Shown: piece after piece, positions 1-14,465 of the stretch | Position numbering within the stretch: the first letter of the stretch is position 1 | Layout of the letters: each line of letters opens with the position of its first letter | Origin: Nemertoderma westbladi | Lineage: Eukaryota > Animalia > Xenacoelomorpha | Assembly (NCBI GenBank): GCA_032718475.1 | Contig: JAUCBJ010006750.1 | Location: forward strand, 62,001-126,000 | Direction of reading: 5' to 3' | Length of the DNA: 64,000 nucleotides | Position numbers and translations under genes: made by a program | The notes under the pieces: generated by a model | Told to the model about the DNA's origin: nothing | Database searches by the model: none | Seen by the model: only the letters and a program-made list of their open reading frames with translations

Positions 1-3000
1 AGCAGCTGTTATTGGTCAGGAGTTTCAGGTAAACTTATTTACACAGTTTCTTTAGTATACAACGCCGCAGTTGTTATTGGTCAGGAGTTTCAGGTAAACT
101 TATTTACAGTTTCTTTAGTATACTACACAGCAGCTGTTATTGGTCAGGAGTTTCAGGTGAACTTATTTACACAGTTTCTTTAGTATCAACGCCGCAGCTG
201 TTATTGGTCAGGAGTTTCAGCTAAACTTGTTTACAGTTTCTTTAGTATACAACGCAGTAGCTGTTATTGGTCAGGAGTTTCAGGTAAACTTGTTTACAGT
301 TTCTTTAGTATACAACGCAGCAGCTGTTATTGTTCAGGAGTTTCAGGTAAACTTATTTACAGTTTCTTTAGTATACAACGCAGCAGCTGATATTGGTCAG
401 GAGTTTCAGGTAAACTTATTTACACGGTTACTTTAGTATTCAACCCAGCAGCTGTTATTGGTCAGGAGTTTCAGGTAAACTTATTTACAGTTTCTTTAGT
501 ATACAACGCCGCAGCTGCTATTGGTCAGGAGTTTCAGGTAAACTTATTTACATTTTCTTTAGTATACAACGCAGCAGCTGATATTGGTCAGGAGTTTCAG
601 GTAAACTTATTTACACGGTTACTTTAGTATACAACGCAGCAGCTGTTATTGGTCAGGAGTTTCATGTAAACTTATTTACAGTTTCTTTAGTATACAACGC
701 CGCAGCTGCTATTGGTCAGGAGTTTCAGGTAAACTTATTTACACAGTTTCTTTAGTATACAACGCAGCAGCTGTTATTGGTCAGGAGTTTCAGGTAAACT
801 TATTTACATGGTTTCTTTAGTATACAATGCAGCAGCTGTTATTGGTCAGGAGTTTCAGGTAAACTTATTTACAGTTTCTTTAGTATACAACGCTGCAGCT
901 GTTATTGGTCAGGAGTTTCAGGTCGACTTATTTACAGTTTCTTTAGTATACAACGCAGCAGCTGTTATTGGTCACGAGTTTCAGGTAGACTTATTTACAG
1001 TTTCTTTAGTATACAACGCAGCAGCTGTTATTGGTCAGGAGTTTCAGGTAGACTTATTTACAGTTTCTTTAGTATACAACACAGCAGCTGTTTTGGTCAG
1101 GAGTTTCAGGTAAACTTATTTACAGATTCTTTAGTATCAACGCCGCAGCTGTTATTGGTCAGGAGTTTCAGGTAGACTTATTTACAGTTTCTTTAGTATA
1201 CAACGCAGCAGCTGTTACTGGTCAGGAGTTTCAGGTAGACTTATTTACAGTTTCTTTAGTATACAACACAGCAGCTGTTTTGGTCAGGAGTTTCAGGTAA
1301 ACTTATTTACAGATTCTTTAGTATCAACGCCGCAGCTGTTATTGGTCAGGAGTTTCAGGTAAACTTATTTACACAGTTTCTTTAGTATACAACGCAGCAG
1401 CTGTTATTGGTCAGGAGTTTCAGGTAAAAATACTTACAAAATTCTATTAGTATACAACGCAGCATCTGTTATTGGTCAGGAGTTTCAGGTAAACTTATTT
1501 ACAATTTCTTTAGTATACAACGCAGCAGCTGTTATTGGTCAGGTGTTTCAGGTAAACTTATTTACAGTTTCTTTAGTATACAACGCCGCAGCAGTTAATG
1601 GTCAGAAGTTTCAGGTAAACTTATTTACACAGTTTCTTTAGTATACAACGCAGCAGCTGTTATTGGTCAGGAGTTTCAGGTAAACTTAATTACAGTTTCT
1701 TCAGTATACAACGCAGCAGCGGTTATTGGTCAGGAGTTTCAGGTAAACTTATTTACACAGTTTCTTTAGTATACAACGCAGCAGCTGTTATTGGTCAGGA
1801 GTTTCACGTAAACTTATTTACAGTTTCTTTTGTATACAATGCAGCAGCTGTTATTGGTCAGGAGTTTCAGGTAAACTTATTTACAGTTTCTTTAGTATAC
1901 AACGCAGCAGCTGTTATTGATCAGGAGTTTCAGGTAAACTTATTTACAGTTTCTTTAGTATACAACGCAGCAGCTGTTATTGATCAGGAGTTTCAGGTAA
2001 ACTTATTTACAGTTTCTTTTGTATACAACGCAGCAGCAGTTATTGGTCAGGAGTTTGAGGTAAACTTATTTACAGTTTCTTCAGTATACAACGCCGCAGC
2101 TGTTATTGGTCAGGAGTTTCAGGTAAACTTATTTACAGTTTCTTTAGTATACAATGCAGCAGCTGTTATTGGTCAGGAGTTTCAGGTAAACTTATTTACG
2201 GTTTCTTTAGTATACAACGCAGCAGCTGTTATTGGTCAGGAGTTTCAGGTAAACTTATTTACAGTTTCTTTAGTATACAACGCAGCAGATGTTATTGGCC
2301 AGGAGTTTCAGGTGAACTTATTTACACAGTTTCTTTAGTATCAACGGCGCAGCTGTTATTGGTCAGGAGTTTCAGGTAAACTTGTTTACAGTTTCTTTAG
2401 TATACAACGCAGCAGCTGTTATTGGTCAGGAGTTTCAGGTAAACTTGTTTACAGTTTCTTTAGTATACAATGCAGCAGCTGTTATTGGTCAGGAGTTTCA
2501 GGTAAACTTATTTACACGGTTTCTTTAGTATACAACGCAGCAGCTGTTATTGGTCAAGAGTTTCAGGTAAACTTATTTACAGAGTTTCTTTAGTATACAA
2601 TGCAGCAGCTGTTATTGGTCAGGAGTTTCAGGTAAACTTATTTACACAGTTTCTTTAGTATACAACGCCGCAGTTGTTATTGGTCAGGAGTTTCAGGTAA
2701 ACTTATTTACAGTTTCTTTAGTATACTACACAGCAGCTGTTATTGGTCAGGAGTTTCAGGTGAACTTATTTACACAGTTTCTTTAGTATCAACGCCGCAG
2801 CTGTTATTGGTCAGGAGTTTCAGGTAAACTTGTTTACAGTTTCTTTAGTATACAACGCAGTAGCTGTTATTGGTCAAGAGTTTCAGGTAAACTTATTTAC
2901 AGAGTTTCTTTAGTATACAATGCAGCAGCTGTTATTGGTCAGGAGTTTCAGGTAAACTTATTTACACAGTTTCTTTAGTATACAACGCCGCAGTTGTTAT

Positions 3001-6000
3001 TGGTCAGGAGTTTCAGGTAAACTTATTTACAGTTTCTTTAGTATACTACACAGCAGCTGTTATTGGTCAGGAGTTTCAGGTGAACTTATTTACACAGTTT
3101 CTTTAGTATCAACGCCGCAGCTGTTATTGGTCAGGAGTTTCAGGTAAACTTGTTTACAGTTTCTTTAGTATACAACGCAGTAGCTGTTATTGGTCAGGAG
3201 TTTCAGGTAAACTTGTTTACAGTTTCTTTAGTATACAACGCAGCAGCTGTTATTGTTCAGGAGTTTCAGGTAAACTTATTTACACGGTTACTTTAGTATA
3301 CAACGCAGCAGCTGTTATTGGTCAGGAGTTTCAGGTAAACTTATTTACAGTTTCTTTAGTATACAACGCCGCAGCTGCTATTGGTCAGGAGTTTCAGGTA
3401 AACTTATTTACACAGTTTCTTTAGTATACAACGCAGCAGCTGTTATTGGTCAGGAGTTTCAGGTAAACTTATTTACATGGTTTCTTTAGTATACAATGCA
3501 GCAGCTGTTATTGGTCAGGAGTTTCAGGTAAACTTATTTACAGTTTCTTTAGTATACAACGCAGCAGCTGTTATTGGTCAGGAGTTTCAGGTCGACTTAT
3601 TTACAGTTTCTTTAGTATGCAACGCAGCAGCTGTTATTAGTCAGGAGTTTCAGGTAAACTTATTTACAGTTTCTTTAGTATACAACGCAGCAGCTGATAT
3701 TGGTCAGGAGTTTCAGGTAAACTTATTTACACGGTTACTTTAGTATTCAAAGCAGCAGCTGTTATTGGTCAGGAGTTTCAGGTAAACTTATTTTCAGTTT
3801 CTTTAGTATACAACGCCGCAGCTGCTATTGGTCAGGAGTTTCAGGTAAACTTATTTACAGTTTCTTTAGTATACAACGCAGCAGCTGATATTGGTCAGGA
3901 GTTTCAGGTAAACTTATTTACACGGTTACTTTAGTATACAACGCAGCAGCTGTTATTGGTCAGGAGTTTCAGGTAAACTTATTTACAGTTTCTTTAGTAT
4001 ACAACGCTGCAGCTGTTATTGGTCAGGAGTTTCAGGTCGACTTATTTACAGTTTCTTTAGTATACAACGCAGCAGCTGTTATTGGTCAGGAGTTTCAGGT
4101 AGACTTATTTACAGTTTCTTTAGTATACAACGCAGCAGCTGTTATTGGTCAGGAGTTTCAGGTAGACTTATTTACAGTTTCTTTAGTATACAACACAGCA
4201 GCTGTTTTGGTCAGGAGTTTCAGGTAAACTTGTTTACAGATTCTTTAGTATCAACGCCGCAGCTGTTATTGGTCAGGAGTTTCAGGTAAACTTATTTACA
4301 GTTTCTTTAGTATACAACGCAGCAGCTGTTATTGGTCAGGAGTTTCAGGTAGACTTATTTACAGTTTCTTTAGTATACAACGCAGCAGCTGTTATTGGTC
4401 AGGAGTTTCAGGTAGATTTATTTACAGTTTCTTTAGTATACAACGCAGCAGCTGTTATTGGTCAGGAGTTTCAGGTAGACTTATTTACAGTTTCTTTAGT
4501 ATACAACACAGCAGCTGTTTTGGTCAGGAGTTTCAGGTAAACTTATTTACAGATTCTTTAGTATCAACGCCGCAGCTGTTATTGGTCAGGAGTTTCAGGT
4601 AAACTTATTTACACAGTTTCTTTAGTATACAACGCAGCAGCTGTTATTGGTCAGGAGTTTCAGGTAGACTTATTTACAGTTTCTTTAGTATACAACACAG
4701 CAGCTGTTTTGGTCAGGAGTTTCAGGTAAACTTATTTACAGATTCTTTAGTATCAACGCCGCAACTGTTATTGGTCAGGAGTTGCAGGTAGACTTATTTA
4801 CAGTTTCTTTAGTATACAACGCAGCAGCTGTTATTGGTCAGGAGTTTCAGGTAGACTTATTTACAGTTTCTTTAGTATACAACACAGCAGCTGTTTTGGT
4901 CAGGAGTTTCAGGTAAACTTATTTACAGATTCTTTAGTATCAACGCCGCAGCTGTTATTGGTCAGGAGTTTCAGGTAAACTTATTTACACAGTTTCTTTA
5001 GTATACAACGCAGCAGCTGTTATTGGTCAGGAGAGTTTCAGGTAAACTTACTTACAAAATTTCTTTAGTATCAACGCAGCAGCTGTTATTGGTCAGGAGT
5101 TTCAGGTAAACTTATTTACAGTTTCTTTAGTATACAACGCAGCAGCTGTTATTGGTCAGGAGTTTCAGGTAAACTTACTTACAAAATTTCTTTAGTATCA
5201 ACGCAGCAGCTGTTATTGGTCAGGAGTTTCAGGTAAACTTATTTACAGTTTCTTTAGTATACAACGCAGCAGCTGTTATTGGTCAGGAGTTTCAGGTAAA
5301 CTTATTTACACGGTTTCTTTAGTATACAACGCAGCAGCTGTTTTTGGTCAGGAGTTTCAGGTAAACTTATTTACAGTTTCTTTAGTATACAACACAGCAG
5401 CTGTTTTGGTCAGGAGTTTCAGGTAAACTTATTTACAGATTCTTTAGTATCAACGCCGCAGCTGTTATTGGTCAGGAGTTTCAGGTAAACTTATTTACAC
5501 AGTTTCTTTAGTATACAACGCAGCAGCTGTTATTGGTCAGGAGTTTCAGGTAAACTTATTTACAGATTCTTTAGTATCAACGCCGCAGCTGTTATTGGTC
5601 AGGAGTTTCAGGTAAACTTATTTACACAGTTTCTTTAGTATACAACGCAGCAGCTGTTATTGGTCAGGAGTTTCAGGTAAACTTATTTACAGTTTCTTTA
5701 GTATACAACACAGCAGCTGTTTTGGTCAGGAGTTTCAGGTAAACTTATTTACAGATTCTTTAGTATCAACGCCGCAGCTGTTATTGGTCAGGAGTTTCAG
5801 GTAAACTTATTTACACAGTTTCTTTAGTTATACAACGCAGCAGCTGTTATTGGTCAGGAGTTTCAGGTAAACTTATTTACAGTTTCTTTAGTATACAACG
5901 CAGCAGCGGTTATTGGTCAGGAGTTTCAGGTAAACTTATTTACACAGTTTCTTTAGTATCAACGCCGCAGCTGTTATTGGTCAGGAGTTTCAGGTAAACT

Positions 6001-9000
6001 TATTTACAGTTTCTTTAGTATACAACGCTGCAGCTGTTCTTGGTCAGGAGTTTCAGGTAAACTTATTTATAGTTTCTTTAGTATACAACGCAGCAGCTGT
6101 TATTGGTCAGGAGTTTCAGGTAAACTTATTTACAGTTTCTTTAGTATACAACGCAGCAGCTGTTATTGATCAGGAGTTTCAGGTAAACTTATTTACAGTT
6201 TCTTTAGTATACAACGCCTCAGCTGTTATTGGTCAGGAGTTTCAGGTAAACTTATTTACACAGTTTCTTTAGTATACAATGCCGCAGTTGTTATTGCTCA
6301 GGAGTTTCAGGTAAACTTATTTACAGATTCTTTAGTATACAACGCAGCAGCTGTTATTGGTCAGGAGAGTTTCAGGTAAACTTATTTACACAGTTTCTTT
6401 AGTATACAACGCAGCAGCTGTTATTGGTCAGGAGTTTCAGGTAAACTTATTTACATAGTTTCTTTAGTATACAACGCCGCAGTTGTTATTGGTCAGGGGT
6501 TTCAGGTAAACTTATTTACAGTTTCTTTAGTATACAACGCAGCAGATGTTATTGGTCAGGAGTTTCAGGTGAACTTATTTACACAGTTTCTTTAGTATCA
6601 ACGCCGCAGCTGTTATTGGTCAGGAGTTTCAGGTAAACTTGTTTACAGTTTCTTTAGTATACAACGCAGCAGCTGTTATTGGTCAGGAGTTTCAGGTAAA
6701 CTTGTTTACAGTTTCTTTAGTATACAATGCAGCAGCTGTTATTGGTCAGGAGTTTCAGGTAAACTTATTTACACGGTTTCTTTAGTATACAACGCAGCAG
6801 CTGTTATTGGTCAAGAGTTTCAGGTAAACTTATTTACAGAGTTTCTTTAGTATACAATGCAGCAGCTGTTATTGGTCAGGAGTTTCAGGTAAACTTATTT
6901 ACACAGTTTCTTTAGTATACAACGCCGCAGTTGTTATTGGTCAGGAGTTTCAGGTAAACTTATTTACAGTTTCTTTAGTATACTACACAGCAGCTGTTAT
7001 TGGTCAGGAGTTTCAGGTGAACTTATTTACACAGTTTCTTTAGTATCAACGCCGCAGCTGTTATTGGTCAGGAGTTTCAGGTAAACTTGTTTACAGTTTC
7101 TTTAGTATACAACGCAGTAGCTGTTATTGGTCAGGAGTTTCAGGTAAACTTGTTTACAGTTTCTTTAGTATACAACGCAGCAGCTGTTATTGTTCAGGAG
7201 TTTCAGGTAAACTTATTTACAGTTTCTTTAGTATACAACGCAGCAGCTGATATTGGTCAGGAGTTTCAGGTAAACTTATTTACACGGTTACTTTAGTATT
7301 CAACCCAGCAGCTGTTATTGGTCAGGAGTTTCAGGTAAACTTATTTACAGTTTCTTTAGTATACAACGCCGCAGCTGCTATTGGTCAGGAGTTTCAGGTA
7401 AACTTATTTACAGTTTCTTTAGTATACAACGCAGCAGCTGATATTGGTCAGGAGTTTCAGGTAAATTTATTTACACGGTTACTTTAGTATACAACGCCGC
7501 AGCTGCTATTGGTCAGGAGTTTCAGGTAAACTTATTTACAGTTTCTTTAGTATACAACGCCGCAGCTGCTATTGGTCAGGAGTTTCAGGTAAACTTATTT
7601 ACAGTTTCTTTAGTATACAACGCAGCAGCTGATATTGGTCAGGAGTTTCAGGTAAACTTATTTACATGGTTTCTTTAGTATACAATGCAGCAGCTGTTAT
7701 TGGTCAGGAGTTTCAGGTAAACTTATTTACAGTTTCTTTAGTATACAACGCTGCAGCTGTTATTGGTCAGGAGTTTCAGGTCGACTTATTTACAGTTTCT
7801 TTAGTATACAACGCAGCAGCTGTTATTGGTCAGGAGTTTCAGGTAGACTTATTTACAGTTTCTTTAGTATACAACGCAGCAGCTGTTATTGGTCAGGAGT
7901 TTCAGGTAGACTTATTTACAGTTTCTTTAGTATACAACACAGCAGCTGTTTTGGTCAGGAGTTTCAGGTAAACTTATTTACAGATTCTTTAGTATCAACG
8001 CCGCAGCTGTTATTGGTCAGGAGTTTCAGGTAGACTTATTTACAGTTTCTTTAGTATACAACGCAGCAGCTGTTATTGGTCAGGAGTTTCAGGTAGACTT
8101 ATTTACAGTTTATTTAGTATACAACACAGCAGCTGTTTTGGTCAGGAGTTTCAGGTAAACTTATTTACTGATTCTTTAGTATACAACGCAGCAGCTGATA
8201 TTGGTCAGGAGTTTCAGGTAAACTTATTTACACAGTTTCTTTAGTATACAACGCAGCAGCTGTTATTGGTCAGGAGTTTCAGGTAAAAATACTTACAAAA
8301 TTCTATTAGTATACAACGCAGCATCTGTTATTGGTCAGGAGTTTCAGGTAAACTTATTTACAATTTCTTTAGTATACAACGCAGCAGCTGTTATTGGTCA
8401 GGTGTTTCAGGTAAACTTATTTACACAGTTTCTTTAGTATACAACGCAGCAGCTGTTATTGGTCAGGAGTTTCAGGTAAAAATACTTACAAAATTCTATT
8501 AGTATACAACGCAGCATCTGTTATTGGTCAGGAGTTTCAGGTAAACTTATTTACAATTTCTTTAGTATACAACGCAGCAGCTGTTATTGGTCAGGTGTTT
8601 CAGGTAAACTTATTTACAGTTTCTTTAGTATACAACGCCGCAGCAGTTAATGGCCAGAAGTTTCAGGTAAACTTATTTACACAGTTTCTTTAGTATACAA
8701 CGCAGCAGCTGTTATTGGTCAGGAGTTTCAGGTAAACTTAATTACAGTTTCTTCAGTATACAACCCAGTAGCTGTTATTGGTCAGGAGTTTCAGGTAAAC
8801 TTATTTACACAGTTTCTTTAGTATACAACGCAGCAGCTGTTATTGGTCAGGAGTTTCACGTAAACTTATTTACAGTTTCTTTTGTATACAATGCAGCAGC
8901 TGTTATTGGTCAGGAGTTTCAGGTAAACTTATTTACAGTTTCTTTAGTATACAACGCAGCAGCTGTTATTGATCAGGAGTTTCAGGTAAACTTATTTACA

Positions 9001-12000
9001 GTTTCTTTAGTATACAACGCAGCAGCTGTTATTGGTCAGGAGTTTCAGGTAAACTTATTTACAGTTTCTTTTGTATACAACGCAGCAGCAGTTATTGGTC
9101 AGGAGTTTGAGGTAAACTTATTTACAGTTTCTTCAGTATACAACGCCGCAGCTGTTATTGGTCAGGAGTTTCAGGTAAACTTATTTACAGTTTCTTTAGT
9201 ATACAATGCAGCAGCTGTTATTGGTCAGGAGTTTCAGGTAAACTTATTTACGGTTTCTTTAGTATACAACGCAGCAGCTGTTATTGGTCAGGAGTTTCAG
9301 GTAAACTTATTTACAGTTTCTTTAGTATACAACGCAGCAGCTGTTATTGGTCAGGAGTTTCAGGTAAACTTATTTACAGTTTCTTTAGTATACAACGCAG
9401 CAGCTGATATTGGTCAGGAGTTTCAGGTAAACTTATTTACACGGTTACTTTAGTATACAACGCAGCAGCTGTTATTTGTCAGGAGTTTCAGGTAAACTTA
9501 TTTACAGTTTCTTTAGTATACAACGCTTGCAGCTGTTATTGGTCAGGAGTTTCAGGTCGACTTATTTACAGTTTCTTTAGTATACAACGCAGCAGCTGTT
9601 ATTGGTCAGGAGTTTCAGGTAGACTTATTTACAGTTTCTTTAGTATACAACGCAGCAGCTGTTATTGGTCAGGAGTTTCAGGTAGACTTATTTACAGTTT
9701 CTTTAGTATACAACACAGCAGCTGTTTTGGTCAGGAGTTTCAGGTAAACTTGTTTACAGATTCTTTAGTATCAACGCCGCAGCTGTTATTGGTCAGGAGT
9801 TTCAGGTAAACTTATTTACACAGTTTCTTTAGTATACAACGCAGCAGCTGTTATTGGTCAGGAGTTTCAGGTAGACTTATTTACAGTTTCTTTAGTATAC
9901 AACACAGCAGCTGTTTTGGTCAGGAGTTTCAGGTAAACTTATTTACAGATTCTTTAGTATCAACGCCGCAACTGTTATTGGTCAGGAGTTGCAGGTAGAC
10001 TTATTTACAGTTTCTTTAGTATACAACGCAGCAGCTGTTATTGGTCAGGAGTTTCAGGTAGACTTATTTACAGTTTCTTTAGTATACAACACAGCAGCTG
10101 TTTTGGTCAGGAGTTTCAGGTAAACTTATTTACAGATTCTTTAGTATCAACGCCGCAGCTGTTATTGGTCAGGAGTTTCAGGTAAACTTATTTACACAGT
10201 TTCTTTAGTATACAACGCAGCAGCTGTTATTGGTCAGGAGTTTCAGGTAAACTTACTTACAAAATTTCTTTAGTATCAACGCAGCAGCTGTTATTGGTCA
10301 GGAGTTTCAGGTAAACTTATTTACAGTTTCTTTAGTATACAACGCAGCAGCTGTTATTGGTCAGGAATTTCAGGTAAACTTATTTACACGGTTTCTTTAG
10401 TATACAACGCAGCAGCTGTTTTTGGTCAGGAGTTTCAGGTAAACTTATTTACAGTTTCTTTAGTATACAACACAGCAGCTGTTTTGGTCAGGAGTTTCAG
10501 TTTAACTTATTTACAGATTCTTTAGTATCAACGCCGCAGCTGTTATTGGTCAGGAGTTTCAGGTAAACTTATTTACACAGTTTCTTTAGTATACAACGCA
10601 GCAGCTGTTATTGGTCAGGAGTTTCAGGTAAACTTATTTACAGTTTCTTTAGTATACAACGCAGCAGCGGTTATTGGTCAGGAGTTTCAGGTAAACTTAT
10701 TTACACAGTTTCTTTAGTATACAACGCTGCAGCTGTTCTTGGTCAGGAGTTTCAGGTAAACTTATTTATAGTTTCTTTAGTATACAACGCAGCAGCTGTT
10801 ATTGGTCAGGAGTTTCAGGTAAACTTATTTACAGTTTCTTTAGTATACAACGCAGCAGCTGTTATTGATCAGGAGTTTCAGGTAAACTTATTTACAGTTT
10901 CTTTAGTATACAACGCCTCAACTGTTATTGGTCAGGAGTTTCAGGTAAACTTATTTACAGTTTCTTTAGTATACAACGCAGCAGCTGTTATTGATCAGGA
11001 GTTTCAGGTAAACTTATTTACAGTTTCTTTAGTATACAACGCCTCAGCTGTTATTGGTCAGGAGTTTCAGGTAAACTTATTTACAGTTTCTTTAGTATAC
11101 AACGCAGCAGCTGTTATTGGTCAGGAGAGTTTCAGGTAAACTTATTTACACAGTTTCTTTAGTATACAACGCAGCAGCTGTTATTGGTCAGGAGTTTCAG
11201 GTAAACTTATTTACATAGTTTCTTTAGTATACAACGCCGCAGTTGTTATTGGTCAGGGGTTTCAGGTAAACTTATTTACAGTTTCTTTAGTATACAACGC
11301 AGCAGATGTTATTGGTCAGGAGTTTCAGGTGAACTTATTTACACAGTTTCTTTAGTATCAACGCCGCAGCTGTTATTGGTCAGGAGTTTCAGGTAAACTT
11401 GTTTACAGTTTCTTTAGTATACAACGCAGCAGCTGTTATTGGTCAGGAGTTTCAGGTAAACTTGTTTACAGTTTCTTTAGTATACAATGCAGCAGCTGTT
11501 ATTGGTCAGGAGTTTCAGGTAAACTTATTTACACGGTTTCTTTAGTATACAACGCAGCAGCTGTTATTGGTCAAGAGTTTCAGGTAAACTTATTTACAGA
11601 GTTTCTTTAGTATACAATGCAGCAGCTGTTATTGGTCAGGAGTTTCAGGTAAACCTATTTACACAGTTTCTTTAGTATACAATGCCGCAGTTGTTATTGG
11701 TCAGGAGTTTCAGGTAAACTTATTTACAGTTTCTTTAGTATACTACACAGCAGCTGTTATTGGTCAGGAGTTTCAGGTGAACTTATTTACACAGTTTCTT
11801 TAGTATCAACGCCGCTGCTGTTATTGGTCAGGAGTTTCAGGTAAACTTGTTTACAGTTTCTTTAGTATACAACGCAGTAGCTGTTATTGGTCAGGAGTTT
11901 CAGGTAAACTTGTTTACAGTTTCTTTAGTATACAACGCAGCAGCTGTTATTGTTCAGGAGTTTCAGGTAAACTTATTTACAGTTTCTTTAGTATACAACG

Positions 12001-14465
12001 CAGCAGCTGATATTGGTCAGGAGTTTCAGGTAAACTTATTTACACGGTTTCTTTAGTATTCAACCCAGCAGCTGTTATTGGTCAGGAGTTTCAGGTAAAC
12101 TTATTTACAGTTTCTTTAGTATACAACGCCGCAGCTGCTATTGGTCAGGAGTTTCAGGTAAACTTATTTACAGTTTCTTTAGTATACAACGCAGCAGCTG
12201 ATATTGGTCAGGAGTTTCAGGTAAATTTATTTACACGGTTACTTTAGTATACAACGCAGCAGCTGTTATTGGTCAGGAGTTTCAGGTAAACTTATTTACA
12301 GTTTCTTTAGTATACAACGCCGCAGCTGCTATTGGTCAGGAGTTTCAGGTAAACTTATTTACACAGTTTCTTTAGTATACAACGCAGCAGCTGTTATTGG
12401 TCAGGAGTTTCAGGTAAACTTATTTACATGGTTTCTTTAGTATACAATGCAGCAGCTGTTATTGGTCAGGAGTTTCAGGTAAACTTATTTACAGTTTCTT
12501 TAGTATACAACGCTGCAGCTGTTATTGGTCAGGAGTTTCAGGTCGACTTATTTACAGTTTCTTTAGTATACAACGCAGCAGCTGTTATTGGTCAGGAGTT
12601 TCAGGTAGACTTATTTACAGTTTCTTTAGTATACAACGCAGCAGCTGTTATTGGTCAGGAGTTTCAGGTAGACTTATTTACAGTTTCTTTAGTATACAAC
12701 ACAGCAGCTGTTTTGGTCAGGAGTTTCAGGTAAACTTATTTACAGATTCTTTAGTATCAACGCCGCAGCTGTTATTGGTCAGGAGTTTCAGGTAGACTTA
12801 TTTACAGTTTCTTTAGTATACAACGCAGCAGCTGTTATTGGTCAGGAGTTTCAGGTAGACTTATTTACAGTTTATTTAGTATACAACACAGCAGCTGTTT
12901 TGGTCAGGAGTTTCAGGTAAACTTATTTACAGATTCTTTAGTATCAACGCCGCAGCTGTTATTGGTCAGGAGTTTCAGGTAAACTTATTTACACAGTTTC
13001 TTTAGTATACAACGCAGCAGCTGTTATTGGTCAGGAGTTTCAGGTAAAAATACTTACAAAATTCTATTAGTATACAACGCAGCATCTGTTATTGGTCAGG
13101 AGTTTCAGGTAAACTTATTTACAATTTCTTTAGTATACAACGCAGCAGCTGTTATTGGTCAGGTGTTTCAGGTAAACTTATTTACAGTTTCTTTAGTATA
13201 CAACGCCGCAGCAGTTAATGGCCAGAAGTTTCAGGTAAACTTATTTACACAGTTTCTTTAGTATACAACGCAGCAGCTGTTATTGGTCAGGAGTTTCAGG
13301 TAAACTTAATTACAGTTTCTTCAGTATACAACCCAGTAGCTGTTATTGGTCAGGAGTTTCAGGTAAACTTATTTACACAGTTTCTTTAGTATACAACGCA
13401 GCAGCTGTTATTGGTCAGGAGTTTCACGTAAACTTATTTACAGTTTCTTTTGTATACAATGCAGCAGCTGTTATTGGTCAGGAGTTTCAGGTAAACTTAT
13501 TTACAGTTTCTTTAGTATACAACGCAGCAGCTGTTATTGATCAGGAGTTTCAGGTAAACTTATTTACAGTTTCTTTAGTATACAACGCAGCAGCTGTTAT
13601 TGGTCAGGAGTTTCAGGTAAACTTATTTACAGTTTCTTTTGTATACAACGCAGCAGCAGTTATTGGTCAGGAGTTTGAGGTAAACTTATTTACAGTTTCT
13701 TCAGTATACAACGCCGCAGCTGTTATTGGTCAGGAGTTTCAGGTAAACTTATTTACAGTTTCTTTAGTATACAATGCAGCAGCTGTTATTGGTCAGGAGT
13801 TTCAGGTAAACTTATTTACGGTTTCTTTAGTATACAACGCAGCAGCTGTTATTGGTCAGGAGTTTCAGGTAAACTTATTTACAGTTTCTTTAGTATACAA
13901 CGCAGCAGCTGTTATTGGTCAGGAGTTTCAGGTAAACTTATTTACAGTTTCTTTAGTATACAACGCAGCAGCCTTTATTGGTCATTAGTTTCAGGTAAAC
14001 TTATTTACAGTTTCTTTAGTATACAACGCAGTTATTGGTCAGGAGTTTCAGGTAAACTTACTTACAAAATTTCTTTAGTATACAACGCAGCATCTGTTAT
14101 TGGTCAGGAGTTTCAGGTAAACTTATTTACAGTTTCTTTAGTATACAACACAGCAGCTGCTATTGGTCAGGAGTTTCAGGTAAACTTATTTACAGTTTCT
14201 TTAGCATACAACGCAGCAGCGGTTATTGGTCAGGAGTTTCAGGTAAACTTATTTACACAGTTTCTTTAGTATACAATGCAGCAGCTGTTATTGGTCAGGA
14301 GTTTCAGGTAAACTTATTTACAGTTTCTTTAGTATACAACGCCGCAGCTGTTATTGGTAGAAGTTTCAGGTAAACTTATTTACAGTTTCTTCAGTATACA
14401 ACGCAGCAGCTGTTAATGGTCAGGAGTTTCAGGTAAACTTATTTACAGTTTCTTCAGTATACAAC
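1..14465. repeat. Tandem satellite array, 63-bp monomer (left part; continues beyond window start)
   Basis: Consensus AGCAGCTGTTATTGGTCAGGAGTTTCAGGTAAACTTATTTACAGTTTCTTTAGTATACAACGC repeated head-to-tail, with 65-bp (ACACAG) and 62-bp (TATCAAC, GTTTTGG) length variants. The 21-aa periodicity in the ORF track confirms 63 bp. Confidence 0.99.

Noticed and set aside
1-65. Splice-like signals in the monomer (TTTCAG|GTAAAC, TTTCTTTAG) as a micro-exon array
   Set aside because: The implied 25-nt intron and 38-nt exon are implausible, and there is no transcript evidence.
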